From positions 26,940 to 90,939 of the forward strand of contig DJVZ01000045.1 in assembly GCA_002441395.1 (NCBI GenBank): DNA of 64,000 nucleotides, read 5' to 3'. The notes beneath the pieces were generated by a model that was given only the letters and a program-made list of their open reading frames with translations, did no database searches and was not told the DNA's origin. Positions within the stretch are counted from its first letter, which is position 1. Each line of letters begins with the position of its first letter. A program made the position numbers and the translations under genes. Positions 30,938-39,716 of this stretch are shown here, piece after piece. The stretch is from Spirochaetaceae bacterium UBA6243 (GTDB taxonomy: Bacteria; Spirochaetota; Spirochaetia; Treponematales; Rectinemataceae).

Positions 30938-31684
30938 ATGACGAATCTACAGAATGTCCCTTCCGAAAAATCCAGCGGATCATTTTTCGACAGAACCAGG
31001 ATTATTGTGGGCGAGTCTGGCTTGTGCGCATTGGCCAACGCGCATGTGGCGGTTTACGGTCTCGGGGGTGTCGGAGCGGCATGCGCACTGGATCTTGTGC
31101 GGGCCGGAGTTGGCTATCTGCATGTTGTTGATTTCGACACCGTTGAAACCTCAAATTTGAACAGACTCGCATTCGGTTTTCAAAGGTATGTAGGACAGGC
31201 CAAAAGCGACGCTTTTATCGATGTGGCAAAAGAAATAAACCCGGCCATAGAAATTGTGGGCGAAAAACTTTTCTTTTCCAGTGATACCGCAGCGGGCATT
31301 ATCGCCCGCGAATGCTCCGTCCACGCCGACTGTGTCGATTCACTCGGCCCGAAAGCGAGCCTCATCGCCGCGCTGCGCCAGGGAGATTTTATCTTCATTT
31401 CGAGCATGGGAACGGCAGGGCGTCTCATGCCAGAAAGACTGAAGCTCGGTCCGATGGCGTCAGTCAAAGGCTGCCCCTTGGCGCGGGCCGTGCGCCAAAA
31501 GCTCTCAAAAATGCAGATACCGCTCGATTTTCCCGCTGTGTGGTCGGATGAACCGGCTGTTAGACCGCTTCCTCGAGAGGGGCGAAGGGGAATTCAGGGC
31601 TCCGCACCATTTGTGCCTCAAACAGCAGGACATTTTATGGCTGCATGGATTGTGCGGAGGCTCTTGGAGGATGCACATGTTTGA
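30938..31684 (+). CDS. tcdA: ThiF/E1-like protein, tRNA threonylcarbamoyladenosine dehydratase TcdA-like
   Basis: GLGGVG, DFDTVETSNLNR, DCVDS, ISSMG, CPLARAVR and GSAPFVP motifs. Confidence 0.8.
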   Translation: MTNLQNVPSEKSSGSFFDRTRIIVGESGLCALANAHVAVYGLGGVGAACALDLVRAGVGYLHVVDFDTVETSNLNRLAFGFQRYVGQAKSDAFIDVAKEINPAIEIVGEKLFFSSDTAAGIIARECSVHADCVDSLGPKASLIAALRQGDFIFISSMGTAGRLMPERLKLGPMASVKGCPLARAVRQKLSKMQIPLDFPAVWSDEPAVRPLPREGRRGIQGSAPFVPQTAGHFMAAWIVRRLLEDAHV

Positions 31685-32849
31685 ACCATTTGGGCTTGAG
31701 CGATTTTTTGCTCGCCATGAATTCAGTGCCCGATACCTTCTGTGCACTTCAGACTGCGAAAGCATGTCGATCGACGAGCTGCTCGCACTGACAGGACAGT
31801 CGTCAGAAGCCTTGGATGCTTTGCAGCGCACCTGGCTCGGCTACACCGAATCGAAAGGTTCTCCTCTCTTGCGGGAGAAAATAGCTCGTTTCTACCGCGG
31901 CCTTGACCCGGACTCAATTCTTGTGCATTCAGGCGCCGAAGAAGCCATCCTCAATTTGTACCTCGCCACGGTACGACCTGGCGACACGGTGATTGTCAAT
32001 TGGCCATGCTATCAGTCTCTTATCGAGATACCCAAAGGCCTTGGCGCAGAGACCCTGAAATGGAAGGTCAGAGAACACGAGGGACGATGGTTTTTTGATC
32101 CGGATGAGCTGGAGCAGCTGATATGCGGTGCAGAGAGCTCCTCCGGGCGGCAAAAAGTGAAAATGCTTGTCCTCAACATGCCTCACAATCCGACGGGAGC
32201 GCTTATGACGCCCGGTGAGTTCAACCGCGTAGTGGACATCTGCAGAGCCCGCGAAATCCTGCTCTTAGTCGATGAGGTGTACCGCATGCTCGAGCTTGGC
32301 GCCACTCAGCGGCTGCCCGCCGTCTGTGAAATCTATGAAAACGCCATTTCACTTTCGGTGCTTTCCAAAGCATGGGGGCTCGCCGGCCTCAGAATCGGTT
32401 GGCTTGCGACCCGCCGCAAGGATATTCTCGATAAAGTCGCTGCAGTTAAGGACTATAATTCAATCTGCGCATCGGCGCCGTCCGAGACGCTGGCCTGCAT
32501 CGCACTCGATCATTCCGACAAAATTCTCGCAAGAAACAAGGCCATCTGCGAAGCGAACGTCGTGCATTTTAAGCATTTTTTTGAGCGACACAGGGAATTG
32601 TTTACATGGATACCGGCCCGGGCCGGGTCTGTTGCATTTCCAGCACTTCTCAGTGCCGGTCACCAGCATTGGCATGATGCTGCCAGTCTCGCCGATCAGC
32701 TCTTGCAGGAGACGGGCGCTTTGATCTTGCCCGGTGCTCTCTACGGCCAAGAATTCGGGCTTCATTTCCGCATCGGGCTGGGACGACGTGCAGTGCCGGA
32801 GGGGCTTTCTGTATTCAGCCGGTGGCTTGAAGCGCGGGGGGAAAACTGA
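31677..32849 (+). CDS. PLP-dependent aminotransferase, class I/II
   Basis: NMPHNPTG, DEVY and SLSVLSKAWGLAGLRIGW motifs; GGAGG SD before ATG 31677. Confidence 0.9.
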   Translation: MFEPFGLERFFARHEFSARYLLCTSDCESMSIDELLALTGQSSEALDALQRTWLGYTESKGSPLLREKIARFYRGLDPDSILVHSGAEEAILNLYLATVRPGDTVIVNWPCYQSLIEIPKGLGAETLKWKVREHEGRWFFDPDELEQLICGAESSSGRQKVKMLVLNMPHNPTGALMTPGEFNRVVDICRAREILLLVDEVYRMLELGATQRLPAVCEIYENAISLSVLSKAWGLAGLRIGWLATRRKDILDKVAAVKDYNSICASAPSETLACIALDHSDKILARNKAICEANVVHFKHFFERHRELFTWIPARAGSVAFPALLSAGHQHWHDAASLADQLLQETGALILPGALYGQEFGLHFRIGLGRRAVPEGLSVFSRWLEARGEN

Positions 32850-33228
32850 TCACGTGCCGATCAGTCGCAGCCAAACAAGAATCGATGTGGATTTTCGCTA
32901 CAAAAAAGCAGCTTTAGGTCATTATCCAGGGCGCTTCCCGAGAAATTTTCCAGTTAATCCCTGTATGAGCGGACCTTGAAGAGATTGACCATAAAATCCG
33001 ATCCATAGAGAATACGGCGCGACACTTTCTCCGCCGCATACCGTCCCAAAAATGAAAGAGGCGACAGGCTGCGAAAGGCACATAAGTATCAACAGTGACC
33101 AGCAGCAATGCCGCGCATTTTGCTCATGGTGGGCAGGTATCATTTTTTCATATCTCAGGCCAGAATGCGGGGATGAAAAAAAATCAGATTCAATGTATAT
33201 TATACACAGATCATACGAAGGAAGAACA

Positions 33229-33666
33229 ATGATGCAAGCTGATGTCGAAGCATTTTGGGCTAATTTCGAACAGGAAATCGGCGAGACAATACTCTCGAAG
33301 ACCATGGGCCAGCATTTCAGCTCGCGGAAATCACAGGGGGAATGGGGCCTTCTTGTGCTCACGGGCTCAGCGATTCGCTTTCGCCCGACTCCGGGAGAAA
33401 ACTGGTTTCAATCGCTTTTCAGAATGGCCGCACCAAAAGTTCCGCAGGAGCCTCTTTCTGACATCGTACTTCCCTTAGCCTTCATCACGGCGATCGAATT
33501 GCCTAAAAAGCGCTTCTTCGACTTCCTTTTCAGCCCGCCTTTTACTGTATTTACGCTGCGGTATCGACTCGGCGAGGAAGAAAAAAGCTTGTTGTTGGGG
33601 GCTGATCCAAAATCCGAATTCTTTGACAAACTCCTTGCAGAACTTCCTGTTTTGAATGGAACATGA
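33229..33666 (+). CDS. Hypothetical protein (possible PH-like fold)
   Basis: Open frame with GAAGGAAG SD; 4-nt overlap with the next gene; WGLLVLT...IRF pattern. Confidence 0.65.
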   Translation: MMQADVEAFWANFEQEIGETILSKTMGQHFSSRKSQGEWGLLVLTGSAIRFRPTPGENWFQSLFRMAAPKVPQEPLSDIVLPLAFITAIELPKKRFFDFLFSPPFTVFTLRYRLGEEEKSLLLGADPKSEFFDKLLAELPVLNGT

Positions 33667-34748
33667 GCGACATTTATCAACAGCTTGAAGATACAAACAT
33701 TCTTTTTTTTGAATATGGTATCACGGCGATCGACGCCTATTACGATGAAAAGCCTCGCCCGATTCGGTTTCTTGTAGTGCAGGGTTCCGTGATCGAGCTA
33801 GCCCGCTGCTTTGGCGAACTGCAATATCCGGCCCTGCCCTATGCCGATGCCTCGTTTCAGGAAGAGGCGAGATTCCTCTGCACCGAGAATGCGCTTGAAG
33901 ACGATCTCGGCGGACCATGGATGAATTTCCGCAAGAATCCTCTGAACGGCATATTTTACGACAAAGACAATATCTATGATGAACTAAGGGCCCGGACTCT
34001 TCCGTCGCGTTATGCAAAATCAGAACGAAGCCTTTTTGACGCCGCAATATTTGCGACACTCCGTGAAACCCTTATGCCGGAATCCGAAGAACTTGTCATC
34101 CCTGCATCTACGTCTGTTCTTTTTCAAAAAGACTTGCTCATCAGCATTCTCTCCGGCCCCTACCCCGCCTCCGGCTTTGAACTTCTCAAGCGGAGCGGCT
34201 TTATTGCGCGGGAATGGCCGGAATTGGCTCTCCTCGATGAGGTCGATCATTCGAAAGATTTCCATCCCGAAGGAAATGGCTGGAACCATACCATGCAGAC
34301 ATTTTCGTACAGGAAAGACCGCGACCTCACCCTCTCCCTGGCACTGCTTCTCCATGATATCGGGAAGCCGGAATCCCAAAGCCGTGAAGGCAGACGTTTC
34401 GATCAGCATGCTGAACTGGGTGCCCGCCGCGCAAGGAAATTCCTTTCGCGCTTGGGCTTCCCCAAAGGAATTCAGGAGGATGTCGGATTTCTTATCCGCT
34501 ACCACATGATGCCGGCGGCGCTTGCGGTTCTGCCAATTCAAAAGACCGAAGCATTGATTACCGACGCTCGTTTCCCTGCGCTGCTTGAGCTTTTCCGCTG
34601 CGACGAATTTTCCAGTTTTAAAGACCCTGAACGCTATTACGAGGCATGCAATGCCTACCAGACAATCCGGCGCAACATGAAAAATCCTTACAGGAATGCT
34701 GACGGCTCAAAACAACGTGCAAACAAGCGTCCCCCTTCGCATTATTAA
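33663..34748 (+). CDS. HD-domain protein related to the body/HD region of CCA-adding enzymes
   Basis: WPEL, FHPEGNGWNHT, LLHDIGKP, HAELGA and LIRYHM motifs; no DxD nucleotidyltransferase motif seen. Confidence 0.78.
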   Translation: MSDIYQQLEDTNILFFEYGITAIDAYYDEKPRPIRFLVVQGSVIELARCFGELQYPALPYADASFQEEARFLCTENALEDDLGGPWMNFRKNPLNGIFYDKDNIYDELRARTLPSRYAKSERSLFDAAIFATLRETLMPESEELVIPASTSVLFQKDLLISILSGPYPASGFELLKRSGFIAREWPELALLDEVDHSKDFHPEGNGWNHTMQTFSYRKDRDLTLSLALLLHDIGKPESQSREGRRFDQHAELGARRARKFLSRLGFPKGIQEDVGFLIRYHMMPAALAVLPIQKTEALITDARFPALLELFRCDEFSSFKDPERYYEACNAYQTIRRNMKNPYRNADGSKQRANKRPPSHY

Positions 34749-34773
34749 ATCCGCCATATTGTGTCCAGAACCC

Positions 34774-35988
34774 TTAGGAGGCGAACATCCAGGGGCTGTA
34801 AGAGAGCACCCAGCGGGGGGGCTTGAATGTGCCCAGTTCTCCATAATGTTCAATCAGTACGTTGACGATTCGCTGATCGAGAGGCATCTGCTTCATCTTT
34901 TCAAAGGCGCTCGAAGGGTGTATGGGATTGCGGTAAGGACGTTCGCCTACAAGCGCCTCGAAAACATCGACTACCGCAATGATCTTCGATTCCAAAGGTA
35001 TTTCTTTCCCTTTCAGACCATCCGGATAACCGGAACCGTCTTCTCTTTCGTGATGATGCAACACAATGTTGCTTAAATGTTCAAATTCCTTAAAGCTTCT
35101 GAGAATTCGCGCGGATATCACGGGATGCTGTTTCATCTGGGCAAACTCTTTGGAATCGAGCTTGCCTGTCTTCGTGACAATGCTTGTAGACACACCAATC
35201 TTGCCAATGTCATGAAGCAGCGCCGCCACATATAAATTCTTCAGCCGTTTGCCTTTAAATCCAAGCTTTTTCCCTACAAAGAGCGCAAATATTGCAACAT
35301 TTCTCGAATGGCTGGCCGACACTTTCTCTGTCTGCTCAAAAAGATATATAATCGATTCAAGGCCTCGGGTATCAAGGAAGAAATCGCTTTTACGGAAATA
35401 ATGCTGCAAAATAAACCATACGATCAAGCTGGTCAGCAATGCCATAAAAGCAATATTCCATAGGCTGAAGAAGGGAACGCTCGGAGAGACAGGGATGCCG
35501 TATATGGTCTTGCGTCCGTGTACCGTATCGATTCTGAACTCGTGAGGCGAGACGATATCGAGCAGGTTCTGAGCCTGGATGACCGTCACAGCAAAAGTAT
35601 TCGGCGCCGTTTTTGTTTCGTCATCATTTCGAATGGGGTATTCAATCCGTAGAAGCTCACCATCCAATGTGATGACGAAATTTTCCTCCGGCGGGATTCC
35701 CTGACCAATTTCCAATGAGTCGATGAGAGGAAAACTTTCCTTCGCATCCTGCGCGAGCTCATTCGCTTCGGCAAGTTTGCCTTCCATAATCAAATCATAT
35801 AATCCTGTCCACGCAAAATAGCCGTTGTAGACTGCAGATGCCTGCAAATCAATCACACTTTTCAATGCATGATCGATTGTGTCGAAATTGCGGTCTGCAA
35901 CATATCTTTGCACACCATAAAAAGCCACTCCAACCACAAGTATGGTAACAAGGGTTATTATAATAGGAACAAATAACTTTCTTTTCAT
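34774..35988 (-). CDS. Membrane-anchored HD-GYP protein (putative cyclic-di-nucleotide phosphodiesterase)
   Basis: Two TM segments flanking an extracytoplasmic domain; HSRNV, LLHDIGK, HHEREDGSGYP and RPYR motifs. Confidence 0.88.
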   Translation of the reverse strand: MKRKLFVPIIITLVTILVVGVAFYGVQRYVADRNFDTIDHALKSVIDLQASAVYNGYFAWTGLYDLIMEGKLAEANELAQDAKESFPLIDSLEIGQGIPPEENFVITLDGELLRIEYPIRNDDETKTAPNTFAVTVIQAQNLLDIVSPHEFRIDTVHGRKTIYGIPVSPSVPFFSLWNIAFMALLTSLIVWFILQHYFRKSDFFLDTRGLESIIYLFEQTEKVSASHSRNVAIFALFVGKKLGFKGKRLKNLYVAALLHDIGKIGVSTSIVTKTGKLDSKEFAQMKQHPVISARILRSFKEFEHLSNIVLHHHEREDGSGYPDGLKGKEIPLESKIIAVVDVFEALVGERPYRNPIHPSSAFEKMKQMPLDQRIVNVLIEHYGELGTFKPPRWVLSYSPWMFAS

Positions 35989-36010
35989 TAAACTTTTCCT
36001 GATATAAAAA

Positions 36011-36238
36011 TTACTTTTCTATTTTCTTATGCTCCTTGAAATTTGCCACGATTGCTTCAGCATCTGTTTCGGCGTCATCAGGGACAATCACCTTTGCGCC
36101 TTTCGGCTCTATCGAATAAAACGGATTAATGTCCAGCATCTGATCGGAGAGCAATTCTGCAGGAATGCCCGCGGATTCGAGCATAGTCTTCACAACAATT
36201 GCATCTTCGAGAAATGCCGATACGAATACTGTCTTCAT
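36011..36238 (-). CDS. DUF2007-like small putative signal-transducing protein
   Basis: A.VVKTMLESAGIP...KVIVP..D...A pattern; coupled to the pepP stop. Confidence 0.72.
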   Translation of the reverse strand: MKTVFVSAFLEDAIVVKTMLESAGIPAELLSDQMLDINPFYSIEPKGAKVIVPDDAETDAEAIVANFKEHKKIEK

Positions 36239-37653
36239 ATTCCTGACCTTGCTTTTTCCAGTGCTTCAGCTTTTTTATCGAATGCCGGGCCCAAGCGCCG
36301 CGCACCACTTTCCGTGATGCACCAGTCTTCCTCGATGCGCATGCCACCAACGGACATCCACTTCTCGATGATATCATATTTTAGAAAGTCTTTGCAAATA
36401 TTTTCCGCTCGCCATTTCTGGACAAGCTGAGGAATAAAATATATGCCAGGTTCGACGGAGTGCACCATTCCGGGCTTGAGCGTTTTTGCGAGCCTGAGCG
36501 AGCGCAGGCCAAACTGATCGCTTCTCCTGAGTTCCTCGCCATATCCCACATAGTCTTCGCCCAAACCTTCCATGTCATGTACATCAAGGCCTATCTGGTG
36601 CCCAAGCCCATGAGGGAAAAAGAGCGCGTGGGCCCCGGCTTCAACCGCCTCATGTGGGTCACCGCGCATCAGCCCCAACGAGATAAGTCCTTTCGCAATG
36701 GCCAGCGAAGCTGTCTTATGGATGTCAATGAATCGCACACCGGGAGCCAATGCCCTCGCGGTGGTCTCAAAGGCCTGGTACAACACCTCATATATCGCAC
36801 GGGCCTGCGTTCCAAGCCGGGGGCCCACCGGAAAAGTCGTCGTCAGGTCACCCGCATATCCGGAAGGCATCTCCACGCCGGCATCGAGCAAAAAAGTATC
36901 TTGTGCAGTGGCGGCATACCCAGTGGGCGAATTATGGAGGACAGCGCCCCTGCATGTCGCGATAGTCGCAAAGCTGAGTTCGCAGCCCTGCGCGCTTGCG
37001 CGTGAAAGAACGTAGTCGGCGGCGGCTTTCTCCGTCCATCCTGGTTCAAGAGAATGCAGAAGATCTTCGTGGATGGCCTTAGTGATGGCCACGGCGCGCT
37101 CAATCTCAGCAATTTCTTCAGGCCCCTTGATTTCCCGTACGCCAACAAGGGCCAGGATGACACGCGGATCGACAAACTGGCGCAGGAGGTCGCGCCGAGC
37201 GGAATCGCCCTGGCTGAACAGTTCAGCCAGCTTGTCCGCCTGTTCGCTGCGGTAAGAGGGGAGAATAAAAAGCGGCTCTTGCTTGGCAAGCCTGTCCGCC
37301 ACCAGAGAATGCAGTGCGGAAAACGGCGACGAATAATCGATTCCGGCTTTGTATGCAAGCTCTTTGGAAGAAGGCAGTTCACCTGTCCAAATAATATCAT
37401 CCAGACTTGGTTCGTCTGCATACAAACAGGTGCGCCCGGTTTCGATGTCGAGAGAATATCCAAAATCAGGAAAACCTGTGCCCACAAAATAGAGCCACGA
37501 CGAATCTTGCCTGAAAGGATAGCAATTTGAGGGATAGTTGCGCGGGGATTCACTGTTGGCAAGCAAAATGAATGTCCCCCGTGTAATTCCGCGCTCACAA
37601 AGAGCGCGAATGAATGCCTCTTTTCTTTTTATATATATTTCACGCGTAAACAT
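36235..37653 (-). CDS. Xaa-Pro aminopeptidase (M24B)
   Basis: FRQDS, VLHN, LLDAG, YAGDLT, HGLGHQIGLDVHD, VEPGIYF and GGMRIEED motifs; ATG 37653. Confidence 0.92.
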   Translation of the reverse strand: MFTREIYIKRKEAFIRALCERGITRGTFILLANSESPRNYPSNCYPFRQDSSWLYFVGTGFPDFGYSLDIETGRTCLYADEPSLDDIIWTGELPSSKELAYKAGIDYSSPFSALHSLVADRLAKQEPLFILPSYRSEQADKLAELFSQGDSARRDLLRQFVDPRVILALVGVREIKGPEEIAEIERAVAITKAIHEDLLHSLEPGWTEKAAADYVLSRASAQGCELSFATIATCRGAVLHNSPTGYAATAQDTFLLDAGVEMPSGYAGDLTTTFPVGPRLGTQARAIYEVLYQAFETTARALAPGVRFIDIHKTASLAIAKGLISLGLMRGDPHEAVEAGAHALFFPHGLGHQIGLDVHDMEGLGEDYVGYGEELRRSDQFGLRSLRLAKTLKPGMVHSVEPGIYFIPQLVQKWRAENICKDFLKYDIIEKWMSVGGMRIEEDWCITESGARRLGPAFDKKAEALEKARSGI

Positions 37654-37659
37654 ACGTAT

Positions 37660-37688
37660 ATTGTATGAGTTCCCGAGATAGTGGTCAA
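37660..37688 (-). promoter_or_regulatory. Sigma70-type promoter abutting the pepP start
   Basis: TTGACC-N17-TACAAT-N6-ATG. Confidence 0.72.
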
Positions 37689-37814
37689 TCTGGAGAAGGT
37701 TTGAGAATGCCAGAATGCGGTTCTGCATGAGTGAAGACGGATCCTTCGCAATAGAAGGCAAAATACATGCTTTCGCTACAGAGATACGCGTTTTATTAGG
37801 GTAATCTTATCCAA

Positions 37815-38168
37815 ATGGACTATGTGCGATATTGCCTTGCATCCAATCTGCGGCTGAGAAGAAGCATTCTTCAAATGTCTCAGGAAGAGCTGGCCCATCT
37901 GGCAAACCTTTCGCCAGGATTTATCGCCAATTTGGAAACAGGAAGAAATTTCCCATCGAGCAAAGCAATACTCAAGATTTCGTCTGCACTCAAAATTGAA
38001 CCATGGAAACTTTTTCTCGATCCGCAAAAGCAAGACATGTTCTTTACACGCGACGAAGTATTTCAATGGCTGGAAGACTCCCGTGAGCGATTGCTGGGGC
38101 TTTCTCCAAAACAAGACGAACAGAACGACGAATCCCAGTCAAGCGACGACGCTTCACCCCAAGATTGA
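37815..38168 (+). CDS. XRE/Cro-family HTH regulator
   Basis: NLRLRR...MSQEELA..ANLS..FIANLETGRNFPS pattern. Confidence 0.88.
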   Translation: MDYVRYCLASNLRLRRSILQMSQEELAHLANLSPGFIANLETGRNFPSSKAILKISSALKIEPWKLFLDPQKQDMFFTRDEVFQWLEDSRERLLGLSPKQDEQNDESQSSDDASPQD

Positions 38169-38193
38169 CAATGTGTGTTTCGCTTTTTACTAT
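38165..38193 (+). promoter_or_regulatory. Sigma70-type promoter abutting the M16-like gene start
   Basis: TTGACA-N17-TACTAT-N6-GTG. Confidence 0.72.
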
Positions 38194-38199
38194 GAAAGA

Positions 38200-39660
38200 G
38201 TGAAACATAAGTACGCATGTCTGTTAATAATAACTTTGCTTGTAAGCTTCGCAGCGATGCCTCCGGCTTTTGCCGAGCCTGAAATCAAGACGCTTGCAAA
38301 TGGACTGACTGTATTTCTCAATCCTATCGAAGGTGAAGAGAATGTTGCCGTTGTCCTTGCCTTCCATGCAGGCGCAGACGCTCAAACGGCGCCGGTGGCG
38401 GGCCTGTTCAAATTCCTGGAGTACGCGCTGTTCAACGGCCCTGCGACAAAGCCAGGCATTTCCGAACCTGCTCTGGCTATCGATGTTCTTGAGCCGAACA
38501 GTATTGAAGGTGGCTCAAGTATCGATCGCTTCGAATTTGGTTTTTCTTCAAAAAAAGAAAATCTCGTGCCCGCCCTCGATACTCTGCTGTATCTCTTTTC
38601 TCAAGAGCGCAGGGAATTCATTTTCGCACAGACAGATGGTATTGAGTATGCCCGGCAGGCCACCCGCGCGCTTATTCAGAATGAGCTTTCCGACAGCGAT
38701 ATGCTGAGCAATATGGCGATTACAAAAAAATTATTCGCAAAAGAACCATATCGGCTCGACACGCTTGGCGCTGATTATGTGATCGAAAAAGTGGATGCTT
38801 CCCAATTGAAGAGCTTCGCTTCATTATGGCTCGTTCCCAATAACGCGTGTATTGCAATAGCAGGCGGATTCGACAAAGAACAGGTTCTTGCTCTTGTCGA
38901 TCAGCGGTTCGGACAACTTTCAAAAGCACGAAACCCCTGGCCGGCAGGACTGGCAACATTTCCGAAGCCTGGCGTCAGTCGCCCCGTTTTCCTTGTTTTC
39001 CCTGACAGCGGCATCCCCACGGGCCAAATGGAGATCGAAATACGCTATCGGGGGCCTGACCCAAAAGATACACACGCATATACTTCGGCTCTCATGCTTC
39101 AGGAACTTGCCAATGCTCCCTCATCCCGGTTCCAGACCGCCGTACGCAAAGGAATGCCAAAAGATTCAGACCCTGAGAATCTCCGCATTGTCTATACACC
39201 GACGCGAAATTCCTCCTGGCTCGCTATCGAATCGATGCTCTCCGTGCCGGCAGGGAAAAGACCCGCCGACCTTGTCTTCACCTTCAAAGAACTGGTCCGC
39301 AGCACCGAACTCTATATGATAAAGGCCAACGCCTCATATTTTCCGGCGGCCGAATACCAGAAGGCCCGCGAGTCCCTTCTTGAAAAGAAGATGGCGACCC
39401 AAGGAGATCCCCTGCAATCTGCTGCCCGTATGGTGACGCTGTGGAGCTGGGGCATACCCTCCTTCCTGTTCCAGGAGAGCGATGCCATCATGAAATCGGG
39501 ACAAAAGGACATCTCGCAGTTTGTCGATACCTACGTGCAGAAAAACCTCGAGGTTGTCATGGTGCGCATCGATCCAAATCTTTATGAAGCAAACAAAAAA
39601 AACTTTTCAAGCTATGGCTTCGAAACGATAAGCAATCAGAATGCCCTCTGGTGGCGCTGA
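38200..39660 (+). CDS. Secreted M16 (insulinase) family protein lacking the HxxEH zinc motif
   Basis: Signal peptide, TLANGLTV, GLFKFLEYALF (canonical GLAHFLEHMLF) and PNNA.IAIAGGFD motifs. Confidence 0.78.
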   Translation: MKHKYACLLIITLLVSFAAMPPAFAEPEIKTLANGLTVFLNPIEGEENVAVVLAFHAGADAQTAPVAGLFKFLEYALFNGPATKPGISEPALAIDVLEPNSIEGGSSIDRFEFGFSSKKENLVPALDTLLYLFSQERREFIFAQTDGIEYARQATRALIQNELSDSDMLSNMAITKKLFAKEPYRLDTLGADYVIEKVDASQLKSFASLWLVPNNACIAIAGGFDKEQVLALVDQRFGQLSKARNPWPAGLATFPKPGVSRPVFLVFPDSGIPTGQMEIEIRYRGPDPKDTHAYTSALMLQELANAPSSRFQTAVRKGMPKDSDPENLRIVYTPTRNSSWLAIESMLSVPAGKRPADLVFTFKELVRSTELYMIKANASYFPAAEYQKARESLLEKKMATQGDPLQSAARMVTLWSWGIPSFLFQESDAIMKSGQKDISQFVDTYVQKNLEVVMVRIDPNLYEANKKNFSSYGFETISNQNALWWR

Positions 39661-39716
39661 GCCACGCCGGCGCAGGGGCGCCCTTCTCCCCCCTTGCCGA
39701 TTGGCTGGACAGCGCG

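Noticed and set aside
37815..38168. XRE gene as a prophage or toxin-antitoxin marker
   Set aside because: No integrase, phage gene or toxin partner nearby.
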